Source: Bacillota bacterium (GTDB lineage Bacteria; Bacillota; Sulfobacillia; RBS10-35; JAJYVN01). From it: 64,000 bases of DNA. This document shows positions 39,666-49,653 of this stretch, piece by piece; the stretch's first letter is position 1; each line of letters opens with the position of its first letter. Both the position numbers and the translations under genes were made by a program. The stretch spans positions 5,719 through 69,718 of the forward strand of contig JAJZZC010000005.1 in the NCBI GenBank assembly GCA_021797775.1, in the 5' to 3' direction. The notes under the pieces are model-generated. The model searched no databases. It was not told the origin of the DNA and saw nothing but the letters and a program-made list of their open reading frames with translations.

Positions 39666-42600
39666 CGCCGTATGTACCCGGGGGCCCCGCGCCCAGATCG
39701 CGGAACCGGCCTCAAGGGCCGATACAGAATGCGCTCACCGAACTCGGCGGCGAGATGCGCCGGGCGCCCGGGCAGATTGTCGACCTGTTCCGGTTCGCCG
39801 CGGTTCGGCTTTGGGCGAAGCGCCGGATGGTGCTGGGACTGCAGGTGGGCCTGATCGTCGCAGCGACGGTGGCGGCGACCGTGCCCCTATACAGTAACGG
39901 AGCATTGACAAGGCTGTTGGCCGCGGCCTTGCAGCCGCAAAACGAGAGGCCCGCCGGGGCGGTGTTGCTCAGGTACCTGGCCGGTCAGACGGACGTGTTC
40001 ACACCCGCCAAGGAGCAGCAGTTAGGGCATTTGGCGGCGTCGCTGGGCCGGCTGACCGGATTGGGAGCGACCCCGGCCGCCTTTTACTCGCAGACCGGGT
40101 CGAGCAGCTTCCTACCTGATTCAGGCTCTCCAGTTCCAGAGGATCCTTCTTACCAGCGTTCGGGATCGCTGAACATGGAGGTCGGTCTGAGTAAACACAT
40201 CCAGTTGCTCGCAGGCCATCTCTATACGCAGGGATCCAGCGGCGGTGTGATCGACGGCCTGATCTCGGCCAGCACGCAGCAGAATCTGCACATGGTGCTG
40301 GGCCAGATCTGGGATTTCCCATCGCCGGTGACCCTGGGCAGTCAGGTCCGGGTGCGCATCGTAGGCGTCTATAAGCGCCTCGATGCCGGTGGACCCTTTT
40401 GGCCCTACCAGTATCAGAATTCCAACGTCTTCATCCCGCCGCACCTGTTCATCAGCCAATTCATGTTTAATCCGAACTATCCGCTGGAAGAGGCGTCCTG
40501 GTATAGTGTGCTGCACTTGGGCCACTTGTCGCCCAGCGCGGCGGGCAACTTGGTCAATGAACTGAACCGGATAAACACGCAGGCCGGGCAGATTATGACC
40601 AATACACAGCTCGCGGTGTCGCCGACCACGCAGTTGGATGCGTTCATCAGCCAGCTCCAGGTCATGGAGACCGAGTTGCTGCTTATCAGCCTTCCGATTC
40701 TGGCTTTGACGCTGTATTACGTCGTGATGATGTCCGGTCTTGCTGTGCAACAAGACCGCAATGAAATCGCGGTGCTCGTGAGCCGTGGATCCCGCACATG
40801 GCAGATTGTTTCCCTCTATTTGGCGCAGTGGTTGATCATGGGGGCGGTCGCCTTCGTCGTGGCGCCCTTCCCGGCGGCCCTGCTTACGGAACTGGTCGGA
40901 GCGAGTTCGGGCTTCCTGCAGTTCGTAAACCGAGCCGCGTTGCCCATCCTACCCAGCGCCGCCATGTACGGTTACGATGCCGCGGCTTCCCTGGTGGCCA
41001 TCCTCGCGGCCCTGCTTCCGGTCGTGATCGCCGCACGGCAAAGCATCGTCAACTACCGTTCCGAGAGTGCCCGGTCGCTGCGCGCACCCTTCTGGCGCCG
41101 GGCATATGTCGACCTGGTTCTGCTGGCGATTTCGGCCTACGCCTGGCGACAGTTCCACTCCGGCGCCGCCGCGGCGGGCAGCTCGGGCGGTTCGCTCGCG
41201 GGGAATCCCCTGCTCTTCCTTGTGCCGGCAATCTTCATGGCCGGTGCGGGGTTGCTCCTGGTGCGTATACTGCCGTGGATCATTCGCGGGCTAGACGCCG
41301 TCGTCGGCCGGTATGCGCCGGTGACGTTGGTGTTAACCGCGCGGCAGTTGGCGCGCATGCCCGCGCAGTTCAGCCCACTCATCTTCCTGTTGGTGTTCAC
41401 CGTGGCGCTGGGCTACTACAGCGCTTCGGCGGCACGCACGCTCAACCGCAACCTGGCTGATGGCATATCCTACCAGGTTGGCAGCGATGTGTCGATGTAT
41501 GAGGTCTGGGCTCCTCCCGGGGCGGCGGGCTTGGGCGCGACAGCGGCCTCCGCAGGTTTGGAGGCCTCAGGCTCGGCTTCCACCTCATCCACGTCGGCGG
41601 GAGCCTCCTCCTCGTCCACATCCGCGTCGCCATCCTCGACGAGTTCGGGAATCCAGCAATTCGGCGGGGTGACGCAAGCCCAGGGTACGGGTCCTGGCCA
41701 GACGGCCGCCCCGGTCGGTCAGCAGGTCGAGGAACCTCCATTCTCTCCGAACCGGCATCTACCCGGCGTCCTGGCGGCTGCGCGCGTGTTTCTGGCACAG
41801 GCGCAGGTGGTGGTCGGTGGACAAACGTGGCCGACTAACGGCCAGTTGATGGGCATCGACCCGGTCGACTTCTACCACACGGCCTGGTGGCGGTCGGATC
41901 TCTCGCCCTTCAGCTTCGTCTCGTACATGAATGCGCTCCTTGGCACGTATGACGGGGTTTTGGTTGAGCAGAGCTTCATGCAAGCCGCGTCGCTGCAGCC
42001 GGGGGATACAATTCAGATCCAGATGAACGGGGCCAGCGGTGAATTCGAGGTACTGGGCCCGATCCAGTACTGGCCGGGTATGTACCCCTCGGGCGGTCCG
42101 ATGCTGGTCGCCAACTGGCCGTATATCGTGAACACCTTTGGTGTGCTTCCATATTACGTTTGGTTTCGCACACACCCTGGCGCCTCAGACCAGCAGATGG
42201 TTAACGCGCTGCAACAAAAAAAGCTGTTTCCGACGCAGGTCGTAGACCGACGGGTCCTGCTCGGACAGGCGCACGCCAGCCCGTCGTGGACGGGCAGCAA
42301 CGGGTTGCTGACCATCAGCTTCCTGGTCGCGGCATTGCTTACTTTCCTGGGATATCTGCTTTATGCGGTGCTCGCGTTGCGCAATCGCATGTTGCAGTTC
42401 GGCTTGCTGCGGGCCATGGGACTGGCACGCGCTGCCCTGAGCACCTCGGTCGCCGTGGAGCAGGCGTTTCTCCTGTTGGCGGGGATCGCTGGCGGGCTGT
42501 ACGTGGGGGCTTGGACCGCGTTCCTCTTCCTACCGTTCTTCCAAAGCGCGAGCAGCACGACAGTGCCGTCCTTCATCATTGTCGGTGCGGGGTCCGCCCT

Positions 42601-42712
42601 GTGGCGCATGGGCGTGCTCATGGCCGTCCTCTTGGCGCTGGCGGTGTTGGGCTTGTTGCAGGTGCTGCGTGGTCTGCGCATCGGCGAGGCCGTCAAGCTG
42701 GGGGAGGAGTGA
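39662..42712 (+). CDS. Large (1016 aa) FtsX-family ABC permease with two FtsX halves and big extracytoplasmic domains
   Basis: Two clusters of four TM helices, each ending in an FtsX-like segment. Ser/Ala-rich linker ASGSASTSSTSAGASSSSTSASPSSTSSG at about 41545-41650. Start overlaps the adaptor stop (ATGA). Confidence 0.85.
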   Translation: MTPYVPGGPAPRSRNRPQGPIQNALTELGGEMRRAPGQIVDLFRFAAVRLWAKRRMVLGLQVGLIVAATVAATVPLYSNGALTRLLAAALQPQNERPAGAVLLRYLAGQTDVFTPAKEQQLGHLAASLGRLTGLGATPAAFYSQTGSSSFLPDSGSPVPEDPSYQRSGSLNMEVGLSKHIQLLAGHLYTQGSSGGVIDGLISASTQQNLHMVLGQIWDFPSPVTLGSQVRVRIVGVYKRLDAGGPFWPYQYQNSNVFIPPHLFISQFMFNPNYPLEEASWYSVLHLGHLSPSAAGNLVNELNRINTQAGQIMTNTQLAVSPTTQLDAFISQLQVMETELLLISLPILALTLYYVVMMSGLAVQQDRNEIAVLVSRGSRTWQIVSLYLAQWLIMGAVAFVVAPFPAALLTELVGASSGFLQFVNRAALPILPSAAMYGYDAAASLVAILAALLPVVIAARQSIVNYRSESARSLRAPFWRRAYVDLVLLAISAYAWRQFHSGAAAAGSSGGSLAGNPLLFLVPAIFMAGAGLLLVRILPWIIRGLDAVVGRYAPVTLVLTARQLARMPAQFSPLIFLLVFTVALGYYSASAARTLNRNLADGISYQVGSDVSMYEVWAPPGAAGLGATAASAGLEASGSASTSSTSAGASSSSTSASPSSTSSGIQQFGGVTQAQGTGPGQTAAPVGQQVEEPPFSPNRHLPGVLAAARVFLAQAQVVVGGQTWPTNGQLMGIDPVDFYHTAWWRSDLSPFSFVSYMNALLGTYDGVLVEQSFMQAASLQPGDTIQIQMNGASGEFEVLGPIQYWPGMYPSGGPMLVANWPYIVNTFGVLPYYVWFRTHPGASDQQMVNALQQKKLFPTQVVDRRVLLGQAHASPSWTGSNGLLTISFLVAALLTFLGYLLYAVLALRNRMLQFGLLRAMGLARAALSTSVAVEQAFLLLAGIAGGLYVGAWTAFLFLPFFQSASSTTVPSFIIVGAGSALWRMGVLMAVLLALAVLGLLQVLRGLRIGEAVKLGEE

Positions 42713-42717
42713 GCACG

Positions 42718-43689
42718 GTGGCCACGAGTGAGCCGGAGCCGACCGAGCAGGTGTCCAGCTCGGTCCCGTTCGTGAACTGCGAGGATCTGGTGCGGATTTA
42801 TAAGGTGGCGGACCTCGAGGTCTTCGCGCTGCAGGGGCTGGACCTGCAGATCGAACGGGGCGAGATGATGGCGCTTATCGGCAATAGCGGAAGCGGCAAG
42901 TCGACGCTGTTGAACATCCTGGGCGGCATCGACCGGCCGACGGCGGGCCGCGTGTCGGTGAACGGGCGCGACCTGCTCAAGATGTCGCGTTCGCAGATGT
43001 TGCGCTATCGCCGAGACGACGTGGGCTTCGTGTGGCAGAACCCCGCCCGTAACCTGGTGCCCTATTTGAGTGTACTGCAGAACGTCGAATTGCCGATGTT
43101 GTTGGCGGGGTCGTCTGGAGCGTCCAGCCGGCGCTGGGCGACCGAACTGGTGGAGGCTGTCGGACTGGGACATCGGCGGCATCACCACATGGTAGAGCTG
43201 TCCATGGGGGAGCAACAGCGGGTCGCGATCGCCATTGGCCTAGGCAATCGCCCCGCGCTACTGCTGGCGGACGAACCGACCGGATCGGTTGATAACGCGA
43301 ACGCGCAAGCTATCCTGGAGGTCTTCCAGCGGATCAACCGCGAGTACCGGACGAGCATCATCATCGTGACCCATGATGTCCGCGTGTCGTCGTTCGTGGA
43401 CCGCGTGGTGGGTATTCGGGACGGGAAGACGAGCGTCGAGTTCCTGCGTCCGGCCAGTTTGACGGCGGATGACCTGGGTGAATCGGGCACGGACGGTGCC
43501 AAGGCGGCACATCAGGAGTTCGTCATGCTGGACCGAGCGGGGCGGCTGCAGCTTCCCCAAGAATTTGTGGAGGCGCTTGGCCTGAAGAAGCGGGTGCGCC
43601 TAGTGCTGGAGGATGACCGCGTCGTGGTCCTGCCGCAGGCAGTGGGCGAGGGAGCGACCGAAGCGGCGGCAGTTCCCGGTCCGGCGTGA
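42718..43689 (+). CDS. Second ABC ATP-binding protein with ~90-aa C-terminal extension resembling an AbrB/SpoVT-type swapped-hairpin domain
   Basis: GNSGSGKST, LSMGEQQRVAIAIGL, LLADEPTGSVD. The tail is EFVMLDRAGRLQLPQEFVEALGLKKRVRLVLEDDRVVVLP. GTG 42718. Confidence 0.9.
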   Translation: MATSEPEPTEQVSSSVPFVNCEDLVRIYKVADLEVFALQGLDLQIERGEMMALIGNSGSGKSTLLNILGGIDRPTAGRVSVNGRDLLKMSRSQMLRYRRDDVGFVWQNPARNLVPYLSVLQNVELPMLLAGSSGASSRRWATELVEAVGLGHRRHHHMVELSMGEQQRVAIAIGLGNRPALLLADEPTGSVDNANAQAILEVFQRINREYRTSIIIVTHDVRVSSFVDRVVGIRDGKTSVEFLRPASLTADDLGESGTDGAKAAHQEFVMLDRAGRLQLPQEFVEALGLKKRVRLVLEDDRVVVLPQAVGEGATEAAAVPGPA

Positions 43690-44969
43690 CGGCGGCGGGC
43701 TTGGGGAGGGGCGGCTCGCCCAGACTGGGCACAGCCGGAGGGCCGGCCCGCGCGGTGGATGCGGTTCTGGTGAAAGGACCAAGACGTGAGCGAGGTTGGA
43801 GAGCGCGCAGGTCGCGTCGGTGAGAGGGCGAGTCTGTGCCATAGTCGGTCCGCGGTCCGGCGTCGCGGCGGGGCGCGGGGGAGGGGCGGCCGCGGCAGCC
43901 AGGCCCTGGCAAAGGTCGGGCCCGCGCGGGGAACCGCCCCCGATCCGGGGCGCAGGACTGCGATGGCGCGAGGCTGGAGGGCGCACAGGTCGCGTGGTGG
44001 AGGGCGAGCCTGCGAAACGGGCGGACGAGACGTCGACAGGCGTCACGTCCGCGCGAACCCTTATCGACGATGCTGTTGTGCGCCGCCCGCGCCGCCCGCG
44101 CCGCCCCACGGGATGACGGCCCACGACGCCTGCCGGCATGCCGTGTGGAATGTGGCCCCCGTCGCCCGCGCGCCTGCTACGGAGCCTTCGTGCGCTGGGG
44201 GAGGGGCCGCGGAGCGCTGCTCCGGCTCGGCGGCAGAGCGCACGGGTCGTCCGGGGCCAGTGTTACCCGCCATCTGCGTCTGCGGCGGCCGGCGCCGCGC
44301 CGAGGGTAGCCCGCGCGGGGTTCGCCGAGGGCGATCGTGCCAGTGCCCCGCGCCGGTGCGTACGCGACCGTGCCATCGGGGCCAGCGGCGTGGAAGGGGC
44401 AGTAACGCCACCCGTGGCACGTGGGTGCCCGGGCCAGAGCCGCGGCCAAGCACAACTGAGGTGCCTTTGGCGTGACAGGGCGTGCCGCCCGCGAGGGCAG
44501 GCGCCGGCCACGCCTCGCTGACCTCACGCCCGGCGCGTGCCTCCGCGGAAAGGCGGGGGCGCGCCGTCGGGCTGGCGTGCGAGAGCGGCACCCCGTCGTG
44601 GAGGGAGGCGCCGCAGGATATCGCTGGGTTTGCCGGCAAGCCGACCGCCCTCGGAAGGGGTCCCTCGGCAGCGGCGCGTTGGACTGCCCATGCCTCCCGT
44701 CCTGCGCCAGGGGTCGGCGCGCAACGGTCGTTCTATGCCGCCGGCGCCGAGGACATCACCCGGACCGACCAACCCTCCTTCGCGGATGAGCGATTTTTGG
44801 CGACCGGACAGAGGAGTCCCGCGTCCGCAAGACGAACTCCCGAGCACCAGCACTTCCTTGCCGCATGAGGGATGGGGATGAGCTTGGCGGAGCTTTCCGG
44901 CGGCCAATCGGCGCGCGTCCCGTGGGTCCACAACATCGCTGCCGCCGAGGGCGGCCGGTCGGCCGGGGG

Positions 44970-47216
44970 GTGGATTGGGTGAGACGTGTGCGTGCGTGGT
45001 GCGTAGCGCTTCTCACGTGCCTGACGGCGGTCGCGGGCGCGGTGCTGTTGCCCGCAACCGCGGCGGCCGCTATCCCCACGAACTACTTCACGTTGGGAAC
45101 GGACCTCCTGCCCGTGCCGGCCCCTGCCCCGTACCGACCGGTCAAGGCCGTCTATGCGGAGACCTACACGTGGCACGGGAAGCCGCTCGGGCCGTTCTCG
45201 AACATACAGGACATGCGCACCGACTCGCACGGCGACGTGTGGGTCGTGGATACCGGGAACAACCGCGTCATCGAGTTCAATCCGACGCTCACCAAGGTGC
45301 TCCTGGTGATCGGCGGGCCCAACGCAACGGGCCCGGCCGCCCTCAACGGTCCGCAGGGCATCGCGATCCGGGGCGGGCTGGTCTACGTGGCCGACACCGG
45401 CAACAGCCGGCTCGCCGTGTTCGCGGCGAGCAACGGTGCCTACATTGACCAGCTGCAGCCGCTGAACCAGTCCCTGACCCTGCGGACGTTGAAGGTGAAG
45501 TTCGTCCCCAATAAGGTGGCAGTGGGGCCGGACGGCACGATCTACGTCTCGATCGCCGGTCAGGCGTACGGCTTGGCGAAGTTCAGCCCCAACGGCCAAT
45601 TCGACGGTTTCTTCGCCCCCAACGGCGTGGGGTACAATTTGGGATATCATATCGCCAAGCTGCTCGAATCGCCTCAGCAGCGGGCGCAAAACGCGGCGAT
45701 CTTGCCCCCCGAGGTCAATAACGTGCTCGTCGGTCCCAACGGTTACATCTACACGACGTCGGTGGATACGACGACGGACCAGATCCGTCGCCTGAACGCC
45801 GTGGGGACAGACACCCTCAATCTGCCCGGGACACATCTCTTATATGGCCTGCCTGTCAGTAGCCTCCCCCAATATGTGTTCCAGAACCTCAACACGCAGG
45901 TGACTTCGTCGAGTGGGCCGATCGCGGCGAACGCCCTGCAGCCGTTGCTCGTGTCCATAGCGGTGAACAACCAGGGCATCATCACCGTGATCGACCAGTT
46001 GACGGATTACGTGATGCAGTACAGCCCGGATGGCAGGCTGCTCTATACGTGGGGCGGCCTGGACAACGGCAACGGCATTCTGGGGCTGTTCGAACAACCG
46101 ACGGCCGTCGTGGCCCTCCCCAATGGTGAGATCGTTGTCGCTGACGGCCTCGAGAACAACCTGACGGTCTTCAAGCCGACGCAGTTCGCGCTCGACGTGC
46201 AGAAGGGCGCCGTGGACTACCACGCCGGTCTCTACCAGCAGGCGATCAAGCCCTGGACCGCGGCACTGCACTACGACAGCAACTATGACCTGGCTCACGA
46301 TGAGATCGGTCAGGGTTTGCTCTCCGAGGGTGAAGGGCTGGGCAGTACGCCGGCTGTGTATACCGCGCAGCTTGCGATGTTTTCACGCGCCATCCGCCAG
46401 TTCTACCTCGCGGGAGACAAGGTCGGGTTTGGCCAAGCCTTCTCCTGGTATCGGCACATCTGGATGCGCCTGAACTTCACGTGGGTGTTCCTGACCGTCC
46501 TTGGCGCGTGGCTGGTGCTCTGGCTGTTGAATAAGTACCTGCGGGCCTACCTGCGGGAACATCCCATCGAGTTTTACGGCGCGTGGGTGCGCAACCAGTT
46601 CGTGCGCATGTGGCCAATGGCCTGGCGCGTGTTGCGCCATCCGGCGGAGGCCTTCTTCCAGTTGAAGTACGAGAACCAGGGCACCCTTTACCAGGGCTTG
46701 GTGCTGATCGCCCTGGCGTTCATCCTGCAAGTGCTGCGCTTGACCTGGACGAACTTCGACTTTAGCCCCTTGGTACCAGGCCGCACGAACCTCGTTGTGA
46801 ACGCCGGTCAGTTCTTGCTCCCGCTCGCGACGTGGATCGCTGCCAACTTCATGGTGGGCGACATGTACGATGGTGAGGCGGATCTTTCGGAGATCATCTA
46901 TGGCAGCGCGTACGCACTGCTGCCGTTCATTACCATGGCCATGCCGCTCACGATCCTCTCGCACACCTTCGTGCCGAGCGACGGATTCTACCCCGCCTTC
47001 GTGCTGATGCAGAAGCTCTGGGTGCTCTATATGTTCTTCACGCAGGTCCGCATCTTCCATAACCTGGAGTGGAACCAGGCCTTCAAGGCGAGCTTGGTGA
47101 CGGTGGTCGGCATCGGCGTGTTGTGGACGATGATGGCCATCGGTATCGGCCTCGGGGAGCAGGTGTACTCGTTCGTGACCCAGATCATCCAGGAGATCAT
47201 TCTGCTGCGCAGTTAG
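44970..47216 (+). CDS. Fusion protein: signal peptide, NHL-repeat beta-propeller, C-terminal Yip1-type multi-TM domain
   Basis: NHL-like blades (DSHGDVWVVDTGNNRVIEF, PQGIAIRGGLVYVADTGNSRLAVF, VGPDGTIYVS, VNNQGIITVIDQLTDYVMQY, LPNGEIVVADGLENNLTVF). The last ~270 aa has five to six TM helices of Yip1 type. GTG start candidates at 44970, 44979 and 44988. Confidence 0.8.
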   Translation: MDWVRRVRAWCVALLTCLTAVAGAVLLPATAAAAIPTNYFTLGTDLLPVPAPAPYRPVKAVYAETYTWHGKPLGPFSNIQDMRTDSHGDVWVVDTGNNRVIEFNPTLTKVLLVIGGPNATGPAALNGPQGIAIRGGLVYVADTGNSRLAVFAASNGAYIDQLQPLNQSLTLRTLKVKFVPNKVAVGPDGTIYVSIAGQAYGLAKFSPNGQFDGFFAPNGVGYNLGYHIAKLLESPQQRAQNAAILPPEVNNVLVGPNGYIYTTSVDTTTDQIRRLNAVGTDTLNLPGTHLLYGLPVSSLPQYVFQNLNTQVTSSSGPIAANALQPLLVSIAVNNQGIITVIDQLTDYVMQYSPDGRLLYTWGGLDNGNGILGLFEQPTAVVALPNGEIVVADGLENNLTVFKPTQFALDVQKGAVDYHAGLYQQAIKPWTAALHYDSNYDLAHDEIGQGLLSEGEGLGSTPAVYTAQLAMFSRAIRQFYLAGDKVGFGQAFSWYRHIWMRLNFTWVFLTVLGAWLVLWLLNKYLRAYLREHPIEFYGAWVRNQFVRMWPMAWRVLRHPAEAFFQLKYENQGTLYQGLVLIALAFILQVLRLTWTNFDFSPLVPGRTNLVVNAGQFLLPLATWIAANFMVGDMYDGEADLSEIIYGSAYALLPFITMAMPLTILSHTFVPSDGFYPAFVLMQKLWVLYMFFTQVRIFHNLEWNQAFKASLVTVVGIGVLWTMMAIGIGLGEQVYSFVTQIIQEIILLRS

Positions 47217-47241
47217 CAGGCGAGGCCACGCTGCGGCGGCG

Positions 47242-49653
47242 TTGACTCTGGCAGCAAGGGGTGTGGGGGCCTTGGTGGGTGGTCGCACGCTGAAGTCCAT
47301 CACGTTCTGGGTCGGGGCGGCTAGCGTGGTGGCATGCACGGCACCGTTGGGAGTGGCTGCCGCCGCTCCTTCCGGGGGGGCAGCGGCCCGGGCGGCTGCC
47401 AGCAGGACTGCGACGGTCGCCTCCGCCGGCCCGTCGTCACCGAGAATCTCAGCCGGATCATCGCGGGTGACCTTGCCCCCGGTACCCAAGGGCACGGTTG
47501 TCGTGGCGAACGATGGGACCCTGCGCATGGCGGTCAACATGAAGACGGGATGGTTCCAGTTGGTGGATGAGCGGAATGGGGCGGCATGGTACAGTGGCCC
47601 GCCCGATCCGAGCCAGTACGCGCAGAACACCCATTGGCAGAACATTCTGCAAAGTGACTTCACTATGGGACGGACGACTACCGAGCGCACCAATGTCCAG
47701 GAGGACATGAGCGCGGTCGGCGTGCCGGACGATGGCGGTCAGCTCGCCGTGCATCGCATCGCTAACGGGGTTGCCCTGGATTACAACTACACCCTGGATA
47801 AGATCTCGTTCCAGGGCGATCTCACGATTCACGGGGCCCATCTGGTCGCGACCGTTCCGTGGTCGAGCGTGAAGGAGCAGAGCTGCCCTCGCTTCACGCC
47901 CCCCCCACCACACATGGCGCTCATCCTCTTCTACTTCCCGCCGGAATGCTACGAGCTGGTCGACATTCACTTCCTGCCCGCCCTCGGCTACGGTGCCCCG
48001 GGTCAGCCGGGTTATGCCGTGATCCCTGACGGCTCCGGGGCGATCGTGAATTACGCGAAGGATCACCCCGTCTACACGGTCGATTACAACATGCCTGTGT
48101 ACGGGGACCCGACCACACCGCCCGGGCTGGACCAGTGGTATCCCGAGGCGAGCATGCCGATCTTCGGGCAGGTCCACCTGAACCCGAAGAACGCCGCGGG
48201 GAACGCCGCGATGCTGGGCGTCATTCAGAACGGCGCGTCGCAATCCAACGTGGTCATGATCCCTGCGGGACGCCAGGCGAATCTGTACTTGACGTCGGCG
48301 GACTTTGTGTACCGGCCGCTGTTCGAGCAGTTTCTGTCGGGCAGCCTGAACAGCAGCGGTCGCTACGCCTGGCATCCGTTGCCAGGCAATCGGCAGGTGA
48401 CCTACTACTTCTTGGCCGGTCCACACGCGACCTACAGCGGCTTGGCCCTACGCTATCGGCAGTACCTGATACAGACCCAACACGTCAAGCCCTTGACCCC
48501 GAAGCCTACGGCGCCCTTCCTGCTGGAGGTGCTGAACGGCGCCCGGGAGAGCGGCGTGCTCTTTGATCCCCTGCAGGTGGCGACGAGCTTCAGCCAGACG
48601 CAGCAGATGATCCAGTCGCTTGAGGCCAAGGGTGTGAAGTCCCTGCGCGTGACGTTGGAGGGATGGATGCTGAACGGGATCAACTGGCGGTCGCTGCCGT
48701 TCATTTGGCCTCCCGACAGCGCCCTGGGTGGTACGGGTGGGCTGCAGCGGCTGGCGACCTGGGGCAGGGGGCATCACGCTTCGATCGTCCTTGCGTTGAA
48801 CCTCTATCTCGGCTACAAGAACGGCCTTGGCTTCTCGACGCGCTACGGGTCGATTCATTTCGAGGACCAACTTCCCATGCAGGACCCGACGCTCCTGAAC
48901 AAGATTGGATACCTGATTTCGCCCAACATCGCCAACCAGCGCCTCTTTCCGCCTCTGTTAGCGGACGCCCAGCGCGTCGGGGCCGCTGGCATGGACTTTC
49001 AGTATCTGGCCCGGGACGTGTATCCCAATTACCAGATCGGCAACGTGCTGTCCCGTTCGCAGTCCGCGGCGCAGTGGATGCATATGGTGAGTTCAGCGAA
49101 GTCGACGTTGGGAACGTCAGGGGTGCAGGGCGGCAATCTCTACGCCATCGGACATGCGAGCTACTTCTACCAAGCCCCGACCACCGACAGCGGCTTTGAC
49201 TACGAAACACGGGCTGTGCCGTTATGGGAGATGGTGGTTCACGGCTTGGCGCTGTACTCGGGTACGGCGTCGAACCTCCGCAGTAATCCGACGCGCCAGC
49301 AGTTGCAAATGATCGAGGACGGCGCCCTGCCGGTGTGGGAGTTGACGTGGCGGTCGGCGGACGTGCTGCGCTATTCGCCTCAGTACAACTTCCTCTACTC
49401 TTCGCAGTTCAGCCAGTGGGAATCGCAGGCCGTGGCCAACTACCGCCACGAGGTCGCGAACGGGTACTCGAGCTTGGCGTATGTGGCCATCACGAACAAC
49501 GTGCAGTTGCAGTCGGGCGTCTTCGAGACCGACTATGCGAACGGCGCGCGGGTCATCGTGAACTTCAACCGGCACCCGGTCACCCTGCCGCAGTACCACG
49601 GCGCGGTCGTGCGGGCGCAGAACTACATCGTGCTCGGAACGGGGGCGTCCTAA
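47242..49653 (+). CDS. Large secreted protein, DUF5696-like / possible glycoside-hydrolase-like fold (family assignment tentative)
   Basis: Signal-like N-terminus (ITFWVGAASVVACTAPLGVAAAAPSGG). 803 aa, Trp/Tyr-rich, non-repetitive. I recall DUF5696 proteins occurring next to sugar ABC permeases and Yip1 proteins, but cannot verify this here. Confidence 0.75.
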   Translation: MTLAARGVGALVGGRTLKSITFWVGAASVVACTAPLGVAAAAPSGGAAARAAASRTATVASAGPSSPRISAGSSRVTLPPVPKGTVVVANDGTLRMAVNMKTGWFQLVDERNGAAWYSGPPDPSQYAQNTHWQNILQSDFTMGRTTTERTNVQEDMSAVGVPDDGGQLAVHRIANGVALDYNYTLDKISFQGDLTIHGAHLVATVPWSSVKEQSCPRFTPPPPHMALILFYFPPECYELVDIHFLPALGYGAPGQPGYAVIPDGSGAIVNYAKDHPVYTVDYNMPVYGDPTTPPGLDQWYPEASMPIFGQVHLNPKNAAGNAAMLGVIQNGASQSNVVMIPAGRQANLYLTSADFVYRPLFEQFLSGSLNSSGRYAWHPLPGNRQVTYYFLAGPHATYSGLALRYRQYLIQTQHVKPLTPKPTAPFLLEVLNGARESGVLFDPLQVATSFSQTQQMIQSLEAKGVKSLRVTLEGWMLNGINWRSLPFIWPPDSALGGTGGLQRLATWGRGHHASIVLALNLYLGYKNGLGFSTRYGSIHFEDQLPMQDPTLLNKIGYLISPNIANQRLFPPLLADAQRVGAAGMDFQYLARDVYPNYQIGNVLSRSQSAAQWMHMVSSAKSTLGTSGVQGGNLYAIGHASYFYQAPTTDSGFDYETRAVPLWEMVVHGLALYSGTASNLRSNPTRQQLQMIEDGALPVWELTWRSADVLRYSPQYNFLYSSQFSQWESQAVANYRHEVANGYSSLAYVAITNNVQLQSGVFETDYANGARVIVNFNRHPVTLPQYHGAVVRAQNYIVLGTGAS

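Noticed and set aside
44177-44527. Minus-strand ORF with CHGW...CPFH, reminiscent of a Rieske [2Fe-2S] motif
   Set aside because: The spacing between the two Cys/His boxes is far too short, and the rest of the translation is low complexity. At best a very decayed fragment.
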